Of a stretch of DNA of 64,000 nucleotides, positions 51,807 through 64,000 are shown piece after piece. Position numbers and translations under genes: made by a program. The notes beneath the pieces are model-generated. The model saw only the letters and a list, made by a program, of their open reading frames with translations, was not told the DNA's origin and did not search any database. The stretch is from Octopus bimaculoides (taxonomy: Eukaryota): the NCBI RefSeq assembly GCF_001194135.2, contig NC_068985.1:106124643-106188642 (forward strand). The letters run 5' to 3'. Numbering within the stretch: position 1 is the stretch's first letter; every line of letters starts with the position of its first letter.

Positions 51807-54000
51807 TCATCATTTAGCGTCTGTTGTCCATGCTGGCATGGGTTGGATGGTTTGACTGAAATGGTATGCTGGAAGGCTGCACCAGACTCCAGTCTGATTT
51901 GGCATGGTTTTCTACGGCTGGATGCCCTTCCTAATGCCAACCACTCTGAGAGTGTAATGAGTGTTTTTACATGCCACTGGCACGGGTGTCATTTGCGTGA
52001 CACTGGTATCTGCCACAACTGTGATTTTGCTCGGCTTGATGGGTCTTCTCAAGCACATGGTCATTGCCTTTGTAAGGCCCAAGATTGGAAAGGAACTCGG
52101 CCACTTTATCCCCACAGGGCCCAATACTTGAAAGGAACTCAGTCACCTTGCCTCTGTGAGGGCCAACACTCGAAAGGAACTCAGCCACTTGCTTTCCTGA
52201 GGCCCAATGCTCAAAAGGGTCTCAGCCACTTACCATCAGGAGGCCCAACGCTCAAAAGGAACTCAGCCACTATGCCTCTGTGAGGCCCAATGTACAAGGT
52301 TGATTTTCTCATGTGCCACCAGCATTGGTGTGCTTGGCTTGACCAATCCTCTTAAGCAGAGCACATTGCCAAAGGTCTTGGTCACTAGTAATTGCCTCTG
52401 TGAGGTTCAAGGTTCAAAGATTATGCTTCACCACCTCGTCTCATGTCTTCCTGGGTCTACCTCTGCAACAGGTTTCCTCCAAGATGCTTACACTCTGTTG
52501 AACATGCACACTGACACTGCACATCCAGCGAAGCATATTAGCTTTATTTCTTTCAAGCCTACATGTGTCCTAAGCTGTTATAGCCCATGTTTCACTGCCA
52601 TGCAGCATTGCTGTTCACACACAGACATCAAACAATCTGCCTTTCACTCTGAGTGAGAGGCCCTTTGTTGCTAGCAGGGGTAGAAGCTCTCTGAGCTTTG
52701 CTCAACCTAATCTTATTCTCACAGATATGCTTTCAGAGCATCCACCTCCACTACTAACCTGGTCGCTTAGATACCAGAAGCTATCTACTACCTTTAGCTT
52801 GCCCCACTGGCAGTTGATGGAATCTATTTTCTGCACATGTTCAGCATTTATTATGCCTGTGCACCTTCCACATACAAAAGTTAGTTTCTCTGTTAACCTT
52901 CCTGAGATGTTGCTGCACCTTTTGTGTGTCCATAGCTTACACCAGGTACATCTTACAGAGTTTCTACCTACGCCTTTTCTACAGATTGAACAAGGCCACC
53001 TACCTGAGGGGATTTGTGATTTGTCAGCCTTCCAACCTATTTTGACTTTGGGTTTTGCTAGGTTAACCCTAAGGCCCTTTGATTCTAGACCTTGCTTCCA
53101 TACCTGGAACTTCTTCTCTAGTTCAGGTAGTGATTCAGCTATAAGAGCAAGGTTATCAGCATAGAAGAGCTCCCAGGGGCAGCCTGTCTTGCATTCCTCT
53201 ATTATTACCTGGTGGACTATGACGAACAAGAGGGGGCTGAGCACCAATCCTTGGTAAACCCCTACTTGTACCCTGAATTCTTTGCTGTACTCCTTTCCCA
53301 CCCTCACCCTACTGATAGCATCCCTGTACAAGGCTTTTACAACTCTCACCAACCACTCATCTAATCCTAGTTTCTGCATTGACCACCAGATAAGGGATTG
53401 GAGGATTCTGTCAGAAGCTTTCTCCAAGTCAACAAAAACCAAGTACAGAGGTTTATCTTTGGCTAGGCATTTCTCCTGCAGTTGCCTTACAAGAAATATA
53501 GCATCAGTGGTGCTTCTACCTGGCACAAACCCAAACTGCCTCTCATCTAGACTAACTCTCTCCCTGATTAGTTGGGCTATGACTCTCTCCACAACTTTCA
53601 TCACCTGATCCAACAATTTGATACATATGTAATTATTTCTATCTAAGACATCACCTTTACCTTTGTAGCAGTCGACTATGATGCTGCTACTCCAGTCATT
53701 GGGTATGACTCCTTCATGAACCACCTAATTTACAATACGGGTGACTAGACCATAACCCACACCACCAGATATTTTAAGCATCTCAGCAGTGATACCTGAT
53801 GGGCTGGAGGCTTTTCCTGTCTTCATATCTTTAATTGCTTTATCTACCAGGGTACTGTCAATTTGACTAGCTGGTCCCTCTGTTGGATCGACGTTTGGCA
53901 GACTCTCCTCCTCTCATTCATTCTCCACATTCAGTAGACTTTCATAATGGCATCTCCAAGCCTTTTTCTTTGCAGATTCATTAAAAGCAAGTGCAGGATA
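51745..54000 (-). mobile_element. RTE-clade LINE, ~2.2 kb, 5'-truncated and inactivated
   Basis: 340-aa RT segment 52702-53724 (QFGFVPGRSTTDAIF, FVDLEKA, YQGLVLSPLLF, LFYADN) flanked by further in-frame remnants with stops. (CAT)n tail at ~51790. A SINE at ~54010 marks the 5' edge. Confidence 0.93.
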
Positions 54001-54386
54001 CCAATCTGTGACAGGATTACTCATTTTGCCAGCTGAGTGGACTGAAGCAACATGAAATGAAGTGTCTTGCTCAAGGATACAATGTATCACTCAGTCCAGG
54101 ATTGAAACCATAATCTTATGGTCATGAATGCAATGCCCAAACCACTAAGTCACTTGCTTACACACACACACACACACACGCACGACAATCCATTACAGTA
54201 AGTGGTAACAATAAAATATATTTGGTGGACAGATTAGGACACAGTAGACAGTTTAGGGCATTTATAGGTCATGAAGTATAAAGTGTGGGCAAAGTTGGAC
54301 AACAACTGTTCTATGTAGAGAAAATACATTGCGGAGAATGTACATAAAGATAAATGGGGAAGAAAACAAAGATTATGGTAACTTAC

Positions 54387-54442
54387 TGAAACCATTTTTA
54401 CTATAAGATGATTTTCATAGGAAGACTGTAGCCGATGGTTTT
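54387..54442 (-). CDS. ANO10: Anoctamin-10 small exon
   Basis: ctttacag / gtaagt. (E)NHRLQSSYENHLIVKMVS. 56 nt, phase 1 to 0. Confidence 0.92.
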
Positions 54443-55615
54443 CTGTAAAGATAAATGCATCACACATTAAATACATATATATATGCACACACACATCAAA
54501 AATGCTTGATTTATTAAAATTATAATTACTAAATGGCAATGAAGGTCAGCTCCACTTGTGAAAAGGGGTGGTAATCTCAATTACATGAATCAAGAATTCT
54601 CCAGAATTGACATGCCATTAAGGAAAAGGATTAGCTTATTGTTAGGAGATAAGAAGAGTCATGGAAATGTGTTTTTGGCTCAATAGCTGTAATCACCTCA
54701 TCTCCAGTTACCAAGGGATTTAGACTTATACAAAAAAAAAAAAGAGCAGAATACGTTTATGGCATAGATAATTTCATAATTTAAACAAAAATGAGCTAAG
54801 AGTGATAACTAAAAGTGGACAGTGGAATGTATTTGAACAACACAGATAAATACAGGTATGTCAAATACCATACAACATAAATTCTTGATCTGATAAATGC
54901 AACAGAAGCAATATTGGATTAAAATAGTCATCTGTGTATTATACTTAATGTAAATATATCTAGAGAAGCAATTTACTGCAGTGTTTTTCCAAAGATAATA
55001 TTTCTTATGGACATGCTGTATATTGTGTTTTTAAATACAGTATATCCTTAAAAGATATCGCCTAACAAATGCTGCTGTAAATTTGCTTTCCAAAATGTAT
55101 TTACATTAAATATAACACACACACATGTATATACACACACATGCATACACACACACATATATCATCATCATCATCATAATCATCATCATCATCATCGTTT
55201 TTATATTTACTTTTCTGAGTTGGCAAGCTGGCAGAATCATTAGCATGCAGGGCAAAATTCTTAGAGGCATTGCATTTGTCGTTACTTTCTGGGTTCAAGT
55301 TCCACCAAGGTCAATTTTGCCTTTCATCTTTTTGGAGTTGATAAAATAAATACCAATTGAGCACTGGGGTTGATTTAATTGACCTATTCCTTGTCCAAAA
55401 CTGCTGGCCTTGTGCCAAAATTTGAAAGCAATATTTACTTTCCCATGAATACATAGGTCAGATAAAATCCATTGAGACAAATTTTCAATAGATGGATGTT
55501 TCTTGTTGCTAATCCTCATCTGCTTTCAAGCAAGGTGGTATTTCTCCATTGCCAAACATGCTTTCATGGAAGATTAGAAATGAAGAATACCATTTGTATG
55601 ATGCTCATTTACTGG

Positions 55616-56006
55616 GGAGGCGCAATGGCCCAGTGGTTAGGGCAGCGGACTCGCGGTCATAGGATCGCGGTTTCTATTCCCAGACCAGGCGTTGTGGGTG
55701 TTTATTGAGCGAAAACACCTAAAGCTCCACGATGCTCCGGCAGGGTATAGTGGTGAACCCTGCTGTACTCTTCCACCACAACTTTCTCTCACTCTTACTT
55801 CCTGTTTCTGTTGTGCCTGTAATTCAAAGGGTCAGCCTTGTCACACTGTGTCACGCTGAATATCCCCAAGAACTACGTTAAGGGTACACGTGTCTGTGGA
55901 GTGGTCAGCCACTTGCATGTTAATTTCATGAGCAGGCTGTTCCGTTGATCGGATGAACTGGAACCCTCGACGTCGTAAGTGACGGAGTGCCAACAACAAC
56001 AACAAC
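55616..56006 (+). mobile_element. Full-length CpG-rich tRNA-derived SINE
   Basis: A box tggcccagtgg (55626-55636), B-box-like gtttctattcc (55670-55680), core, (AAC)n tail. Many CpGs are retained. Confidence 0.85.
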
Positions 56007-56937
56007 GATGCTCATTTACAAGTATCACAATGATAAGGAGACACAAACACACACACACATCTGGTTACTACATGTACATGCCTTCTTCTTCTTCAGGGCA
56101 TGCATGCATGTAGTAACCATCTTCTTCAGGATATGTATGAGTGTAGTCATTCAAGTAAAACCTCACCAATCAAGACATGCTACTGCATCTGGAACAGTGC
56201 TTACTGTTATACACACAAACATTCAAAACTGCACCAAAAAGAAAGCCATCTAATTGATTAGCAAATCTTTACTCACCAACACACTACAATATCTCACCCA
56301 CAAACATACTGTCTCACCTCTAAGCTTCTGTTCTTTGAACTAGTTGAATCCACACCACCTTTAAACAAACCCATCTGATACACCTGTTTTGCTTCTTCTC
56401 TTCATGCTGTACCTCTTCCCCAGCTCAACTCTAATCCCTATTCTAAATCTTTCTTCCTTATTGTGTCAACTTTCTGGAATTCCTTTCTTGCCTTCATTCC
56501 ACATCCATCCCCTGTAGATGATGGCTTACAGTATTCAAGCTGAACATAAACCATATCAGTCTCATTGATCATGGTGGGTCTGTGAAGTTTATGAGCATCT
56601 ACTCTTCTTCCTCCTAACTAAAAAAAAAAGCATAAACTCAAAACTCCACAAAATTATGAACATACACATATGGTAATGGTAAGTTCCCACAAAATATTAC
56701 AAGGCTTCTCACAAGATGGGAAAAAACTCAGTAAGGTGTTCTGATATCACCATCGGCATCAACATCATCATTGTTTTAATGTATACTTTTCCATGCTTGC
56801 ATGGGTCAAATAGAATAGTAAAGTTTCTATATTGCTACTGAAGAAAGTGTCTGCTACAACAACACAAGATTTTCCACCAATAAATTCTACAGAACAGTTC
56901 CTAACACAAGGGGCATTATTTATCACAACAGTCTTAC

Positions 56938-57510
56938 CATAATCATTGAGCTTCTTGATAAGTATGTTATACAAGGTATTCATGATAGTCACAGCAACAG
57001 CATAGACAATGCTGGGGAAACACATCATATTGGCATAATTCAGGTAACTTGGGTTGTTTTCATAGAGATGGTTTGCCCAATCCTGCATTTGGAAATACAA
57101 TAACATCGCTTCAAAGGCAATGAGCAGGCATAACAATATAACTGGAACTGTGACACCATAAAATCGCAGTTGCCGTTTCCACTTAGGATAGACTGGCTCG
57201 GGATGGCCTGTCACAGGGTTGGTGCCTAAAACTCCATGGAAGCTTGGACGAGGTTCCTCAGTTTCTACAACTTCATTTAGGGTGCCCCATTTAAAAGTAA
57301 GTTCTGAACAGAATCGCTTCCAGAACTCTAAAAAGATGGTTGTCCAAATGAGGTTGAAAACAGCAAAGATGGCTTCTCGGTAAATGTTATTCCAGCTGGT
57401 GATTAAATAGATGATGCCAATGATAGCTGGAGCAATGAGAGCATAGGTGTAGACGATAAGGAACGAGAAGTAAAGGGCCAGTTTCTCTCCAAAGTAAGCT
57501 CTGATGTCAT
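56938..57510 (-). CDS. ANO10: Anoctamin-10 exon (TM1-TM4 region)
   Basis: cattacag / gtaaga. DIRAYFGEKLALYFSFL...IFLEFWKR...EEPRPSFHG...NPVTGHPEPVYP...KKLNDY. 573 nt, phase 1-1. Confidence 0.95.
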
Positions 57511-58879
57511 CTGTAATGAGAAAGGAAAAGATATGAATTGGTTACAGCTTGTGGAGAAATTAGTTTTTAAATTAAATAACTTTTTTTAAGACTCAATCAG
57601 AGGCAGGAAAATAGAACCCATCAAATCTTTCAGGACATTCACAACACATAAGAAAAAGTTATGCACAGGCTGTAGACCTGGCTTAAATGCTTGCAGCTGA
57701 GTGAACTCTACTCAAGGCACCCAAGCTCAGGCATTGGTATCAACCATGATACAAATAAAAAAATCTACCTTCCATATCAGGAACTGTAAACTTTAATGAA
57801 CTTCCATACAATTTCCATCCACTAAATTTCACTTACAAGGCTTTGGTTGACAAAAAGCTATGTATGGCAGTAGATATTTTTCTGAAGGTATCTTGCAGTG
57901 AGATTGAACCAAAAAAGCAGAGCTGAAAATAAAACATGCTAACTACACACTCATGTATTGTGGATAAATGGTAGAAAAAATGCTTCCTAGTTATAGGGAT
58001 AGAGTGATGTATTTCTCTTTAGCATTTAAACTAGCCATATCTGGTCCAAATATTCTACATGTTTCATGTTCAAACTGGCCAGATATAGCCTCTTACAATG
58101 TTGTTTTAAAAATAAGCAATAATATCATTGAAATCTTGAAGCTATGAGATAATTCATGTGAATAAATGAATATTACATTTGATAGAGTAATATGAATGCG
58201 TAAAGGACGTGTGTGTGTGTTTTGAAGAAGCCCTTTAAGCAAGCAATGAAAAATATATAAGATAATGACAATAAATAAAGGCATTGTCTTTATTTATTGA
58301 CATTGTATCACCCTACTTAGGTTTAATGGTTCTACTATATTTTGAGAAATCTTCCATTGTGAAGTCAGCTATGTAATAACATGAAATTAGTTATCCGATA
58401 GTAAGAATTCAAATAAAGTAGCCCTGAAAAGGGCTTTAATGTGTTCCCAGTGTATACAGAACTTAGGAGGATATACTGATAAGGTATGTATACTAAAATC
58501 GTGAAGCATGTTACGTAATAACAAGCTAATCAGATATGAGATAATAACAATTCAAATTAAATAACTCTGAAAAGGGCTTTTGTGCATTCCCAGAGAATAT
58601 TACCCTCAGGGTCACTAGTGTTGGTATATTCGTGAATAAGTCACTAACCGAAATTAGTGGATCTATTGTTTAGGAAAATACTATTTACTTGTTTAAGGGT
58701 TGTACTGAATAAATTGCAAAAATAGCAGTTCAAATACAAAGAAATAAGCATACTCAATTTGATTTATACCAAATGGTTTAGGAAAATGAATGGGTTATTT
58801 CCCTTGGCCATTAAAATCTGGATGGATGGGTTATTTCCCTTGGCCATTAAAATGAAATGTATTAGATATATATAAGTAT

Positions 58880-59060
58880 CCCTTCCAGGGGCCCTATTAT
58901 CTATTTTTCAACAATATGAGTATGCCATGAGATTTCCAGACATGATTTCTACTCACGTGTCAAGTTTCATAAAAATTGATAAAATGATGCAGGAGGAGTT
59001 AGCTAACAACTCCACAAACACACCCACAGACAGAATTTTTCACATTTGTAGTAGATATAT
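58880..59060 (+). mobile_element. Possible Helitron-like non-autonomous 3' end
   Basis: gtgtcaagtttcataaaaattgat...acagacagaatttttcacatttgtagtagat resembles the recalled Helitron-N/DINE-type end pattern. Confidence 0.35.
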
Positions 59061-59068
59061 ATACATAT

Positions 59069-59128
<60 letters not shown>

Positions 59129-59784
59129 TGTTGCTTGCTTGGACTTCTATACAATTAACTCTATTGATATTTTAGATACAAACTCGATAAGGCCAAAACA
59201 ACTTGAAAGGAAAAACAAAAGTGAACTACAAACAGATAGAACTTGTATTTCAGTATTTCAGGATTATGATCGCTTCCTTAGGAGATGTGGAGAAATTAGA
59301 TACGGAATAAGTCATTGCTCAGATATCTTGGAGAGGATAGAGCCATGTGCTGACTTGTATGGTTATAATAGTCAGTCTGCTGTGGTAGTTCTTAGTCATG
59401 GCTGTTGTCAGTGTCATGTAAATGATACCTGTGAAATCGTAGTTGTGGTCATTGCTGGTGTCATGTAACTGGCACCTGTGCTGGTGGCATGTAAAAAGCA
59501 CCCAATACTCTCTTGGAGTGGTTGGCATTAGGAGAGGCATCACATGAGTGTTGTTACATAGCACCTGTATAAGTGCTTTTTAAGTGGCACCAGCACATGA
59601 CTCATGCAGGCCAATCCAGGAGGAGTGGCCTTAACACTATTGGTGTGGAGGATGGGTCCTCCTGAACATAGCAAGGCATGAGCTATCTCAGTCCTTTTTC
59701 ATCTCATCTGAGAGGGTCAGCATCCAGAGGCCATCCTTTAGTACTTTGTCCCATGTCTTCTTGAATTTCCCTCTTCCACGTGTT

Positions 59785-59869
<85 letters not shown>

Positions 59870-59948
59870 AGCAGCCGTACAAATGACATAAATGAATAAC
59901 AGAATAGACTGATAAGAGAGACAGACAGCTTAATTATCAAATACTTAC

Positions 59949-60068
59949 CCATGGGTATCTGATGGAAGAAAGACTTCCAGTCCCAGCTGGTTTTTAAAAG
60001 TTTCAACTTTTCAATATCATGAAGAGGGTACACATGCTCAATAATCCCAGCACTCTTGAACTTACGTA
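59949..60068 (-). CDS. ANO10: Anoctamin-10 exon
   Basis: atttcag / gtaagt. RKFKSAGIIEHVYPLHDIEKLKLLKTSWDWKSFFHQIPM contains the anoctamin PLHD motif. 120 nt, phase 1-1. Confidence 0.92.
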
Positions 60069-61047
60069 CTGAAATTAAAAGAGGTCAGTTATTTATTGTT
60101 AAGTGTGGTCAGTGCTGACAACTGAGGGTCAGTTTTGATGTTGGAGAAGAAGTGGGGATGTTTATTCAATGACAAACGAGCTGATTATTGATTGGGTGAT
60201 TGATCAAGCAGACAGTGAGTTTGTGGCGTTACGAGCCAAGCTGTGTTGTAGGGAAGGATCGGAAGTGAGGGAGTAAGCATGTCCTGTCGGAAGTGGGGCC
60301 TGTGGATCCCACTGGAAGTGCCGCGGTGGACATGCGGCATCAGCAAAGCATGAGCGTTGAACCTTGGAGATCGAGATGGCACGTGGATGTTGAAAGTGAC
60401 CCTTTTTCTGGATCAGCAGGTAAAACTACCGTAATTCTCTCTTTGCTTCCGTCTTTTTTCCAAATTTTAAGCCCCCAAAATTAGGGGTTTCCTTATACAT
60501 GAAAGTTCCTTATTCATATCAAAATATGGTAATTGGTTAAATAGTTGATAAATAAGTCTATCAAATTTTAGCACAAGGCCAGGAGTTTTGAGGGGAGAGT
60601 GAAGTTGATTAGGTCACCCCAAGGATGAACTATTTCTTATTTTATAAACGCTGAAAAAGTGAAAGGTAAAGTCTACCTTGGAAGCATTTGAACTCAGACT
60701 CTAAAGAGCTGAAAGAAATGCCAAATTAGTTGATTAATAATGATGGTTTCAAATTTTAGCACAAGGCCAGTAAGATCAGAGTTAGGGTAAGTCAATTATC
60801 CTGACACCACTATTCAACTAGTACTTATTTTATCAACCCTGAAAAGATGAAAGGCTAAGTTGACCTTGGCAGAATTTGAACTCAGAATGTAATGACAGAT
60901 GAAATGCCACTAAGCATTTTGCCCTGCCTACTTATGATTCTGTCAGCTTACTGCCTTTATTTGATTAATAATGATAAAAAAAGTGAAATAGAACTGTGTT
61001 TCTTATTGGTCAAATGACCCTTCCGAGATAGAACACACACACACATG

Positions 61048-61200
61048 TACACAAGGTTGTATCAAAAGTAATACAAAAGTGGACATAACTTTTTATTACA
61101 TCAAGTTACATCTGTCGGTAGAACTGCTCAACATAGTCTCAATTGTAAGTGATGCATTTGTTTCATTGTTAAATCTCTTTGAATATATTTGATACAACAC
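61048..61200. mobile_element. Small mariner-like MITE
   Basis: Inverted ends gttgtatcaaa / tttgatacaac. Confidence 0.45.
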
Positions 61201-61700
61201 ACACACACACACACACACACAAAGTTTGTTAAAAAGTCAAACCCACTTTTGTATTGCTTTTACTACAATGTGAAACCCATGTTTGCATTACTTTTCGGTA
61301 CAATTCTTGTACACACACACATACACACATACAAACACACAAACACACGTACACAATACAAATCACACACACAGACATGCATGCATGCATGCACATATAT
61401 ACACACTCACAATAATTTGCTAAAAAGTTAAGCCCAGTTTTGTATTAGTTTTGCTACAGCTATTATATGTACACACAAAAAGGTTAAGCTGATTTCTGCA
61501 TTAATTTCAGGATATCTGCTGTTTGCACACACTGAAAAATTTCACTCATTTATGTATTGCTTTTAGTACAATCATTATACACACTCAGAAAAGTGAGGCC
61601 TATTTTTATTTCAAGTACAACAATCGTATGTGCACACAGTTTGTTAAAAAGTTAAGCCCATTTTTACATTAGTTTTGGTACAGCAATCACACACACACTT
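61195..61700. repeat. Degenerate ~55-60-bp repeat alternating with (CA)n spacers
   Basis: aaaaagttaagccca.ttttgtattagttttg.tacaatc recurs about 6 times. Confidence 0.6.
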
Positions 61701-61905
61701 CTGTAGTTTCACAGACACACACACAAGTATAAATATGTATGTACGTGTAAATATATAACCATATTCAGACACAAACTCTTTCTCTCTATCACTCTGTCTG
61801 TCTGTCTGTCTCTGTCTCTCTCTCTCTCACACACATGCACACACACACACACGCACAAACACATTGAAACAAATATACAGAAGGTTAGGAGTGGCCAGAA
61901 CTTAC

Positions 61906-62043
61906 ATAAACTTTTGCCAGGGTAGAGTTTTGCATTTGGATATCCAGGAATATGGGTATCAGATTGCTGGGCACGAAGACCACAGAGATAGTGATATATT
62001 ATCGTGATTTTCTCGGTATTGGAGAAGAATGAGCTGATGTCCT
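61906..62043 (-). CDS. ANO10: Anoctamin-10 (TMEM16K), first visible exon: N-terminal cytosolic domain
   Basis: tattgcag / gtaagt on the minus strand. DISSFFSNTEKITIIYHYLCGLRAQQSDTHIPGYPNAKLYPGKSL contains the ANO10-type IPGYP.AKLYPGKS. 138 nt, phase 1-1. Confidence 0.9.
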
Positions 62044-62590
62044 CTGCAATAAACAACAGAAGTATACATATACATACATACATATATATATATATATAAG
62101 AAGTAATTAAGATTCAGTTGAATTAGGTACTTAAGTTGAAGCAACAAGTCCGTCTGGTATTATCCACACAGCTTGAAGTAAGGTGAATAAAATCAAGATA
62201 AGTAACAGGATTTCAAGTAATAATGCAGTATGACCATTTGAAGTGGCTCCATTTAATTGAACAATGCAACCATTACATCAATTTTTAAATACAGCACTAT
62301 TTTCAGCTGCACAAATATGGAATTTCAACAGACAAGACACATTACTATAATTTTTCTTAAATATTTTAACAGAGAAAGAGGATGGAAGAAGTTCACATTG
62401 TTGCTATTGTAGCAGGAATAGTTAAGAGAACAGACTACAACTTTTTAGAGTGGCATGGAACACAGTAGGGGCCATAGGGATGAAATCTATTTCCAATTTA
62501 TTTATCTCCTTATCATCAACTAAAATCTGAGACTAGAAGACTGTGTATATATAGAATAAATAGCAAAGTGAGTTGACAGCTCATGGCTGG

Positions 62591-62689
<99 letters not shown>

Positions 62690-62713
62690 CATATACACAC
62701 ACACATACATACA

Positions 62714-63101
62714 TATAGTTGCTATTATGTTAAACTGTCCTATGTCCAAATTTGGTCAAATGCTTTGTTTTCAATATTTTATTTTGCTTGCAATAACCGG
62801 TTCTTTTGGTCCAACTATCGTATCTCCAGCTGCTTCAGATGAAAATTGTCAAAGAGTAGTACAACAGTTTAGCATTTTTCAAAAGTGTAGTAAGCCCCAC
62901 ATATCAGAGTTTTGCAAAAATATTTCTGACTGAAAATATCATATATGCATGGAGTTACGATTTTATGCATCAACAAAGTATTATTGTTAAGCTGAAACTG
63001 TTGCTAATTTAAAAAGAAATGGAATGGTGAAACTATTTTTTCGTTTTCTGAAAAGGCAATGTTTTAGACTTACAACACTTTTGCATAATAGCAACGATAT
63101 A
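62714..63101. mobile_element. TA-flanked MITE (~390 bp)
   Basis: tatagttgctattatg ... cataatagcaacgata inverted termini. Confidence 0.6.
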
Positions 63102-63353
63102 TTTTGCTGTGTCTAGAGAGAACCATCATACCATGATTAAAAAAGAACCCAGTACATTCGGTAAAGTAGTTGGCGTTGGATAGGATATCCAGCCATAGAA
63201 ACCATGCTAAAGTAGACATTGGGGCTCCAGGCAGACCTCTGGCTTGTTGGTAACTGTAGAAGTGTCCAACCGTAGCAGCATGGCAAAAGAAACATTAGAC
63301 AACAAAGGTGGTGATGATAATGATAATAATGATGATGATGATGATGATGATGA

Positions 63354-63419
<66 letters not shown>

Positions 63420-63564
63420 AATATATATAGGTATATAAACTCACAGGCCTTCGACCTGTGATTAGTTAAANNNNNNNNNNNNNNNNNNNNNNNNNNNNNN
63501 NNNNNNNNNNNNNNNNNNNNNNNNNNNNNNNNNNNNNNNNNNNNNNNNNNNNNNNNNNNNNNNN

Positions 63565-63593
<29 letters not shown>

Positions 63594-63599
<6 letters not shown>

Positions 63600-63677
63600 G
63601 GGAAAAACAAGAAGAAAAAAATGAATTAGTAATTACATCTATTTATTTTCCATTTTCTTCTTGTTTTCCCCCCGATA
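63594..63677. mobile_element. Tiny palindromic Made1-like MITE (~80 bp)
   Basis: ta-ttgggggaaaaacaagaagaaaa ... ttttcttcttgttttccccccga-ta, with ~25-bp arms. Confidence 0.65.
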
Positions 63678-64000
63678 TTGATAATTTCAATAATCCTAAA
63701 CATATATCAATGACTTTCGCATTATATGATATGGATTAAACCAGTGGAATACCTTGAATTATATAATCCCTAATTACGATATGACTTCCTCGAACTAACT
63801 CTGTGTGTGTGTCTGTGTCTGTGTGACTGTGTGTGTGTCTGTGTCTCTGTGTGTGTCTGCGTAAGAAGAGCACAAGTGGGATTTGAAATTTGGTAGCATT
63901 TTATTGATGCATTCATAGATTACGTCATAGCATAAATCCACCATCTTCAGGTTAAATTTTAAACACGTATAAACAGGCAAGATAAAACTAGAAGATGGTC

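Noticed and set aside
55616-55690. tRNA-like sequence
   Set aside because: It is a SINE head: there is no complete acceptor stem and it runs straight into the SINE core.
61195-61700. CRISPR-like repeat/spacer appearance
   Set aside because: Eukaryotic intron, degenerate non-palindromic repeats, low-complexity spacers and no cas genes.
63915-63952. Minus-strand CTGAAGA-T-GGTGGAT...GACGTA, resembling a decayed Penelope hammerhead
   Set aside because: Stem II is broken and GAAA is missing; too degenerate to call.
62044-64000. Search for further 5' ANO10 exons
   Set aside because: No anoctamin-like frame was found; candidate donors fall within MITEs.

Overview
AT-rich, microsatellite-dense animal genomic DNA with several N-gaps. 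The SINE/LINE repertoire suggests an octopus or other coleoid cephalopod (inference). Two intron-rich genes converge tail-to-tail. (1) On the + strand, an LRP12/LRP3/LRP10-family receptor: 8 coding exons at 11002-37143 encoding CUB, five LDLa repeats, a TM helix and a PPSY-containing tail; the signal-peptide exon was not found. (2) On the - strand, an anoctamin-10 (TMEM16K) orthologue: 10 coding exons at 62043-39798, the last tentative; its 5' exons were not found. I spliced both genes by hand and all junctions are GT-AG and phase-consistent. The rest is introns filled with RTE, CR1, R4/Dong-like and Penelope-like retroelement remnants, tRNA-derived SINEs, mariner/Tc1, Chapaev-like, piggyBac-like and hAT-like DNA elements, and mini/microsatellites. 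I found no CRISPR array, rRNA, true tRNA gene or clear new multi-gene system. The best second-look items are: the apparent absence of the second CUB domain in the LRP12-like gene; a minimal hammerhead-ribozyme-like motif with a variant core, sense to an LRP12 intron; a mariner derivative with two 5' ends forming ~250-bp inverted arms; and copy-specific tandem arrays in RTE 3' ends. Repeat boundaries are approximate.
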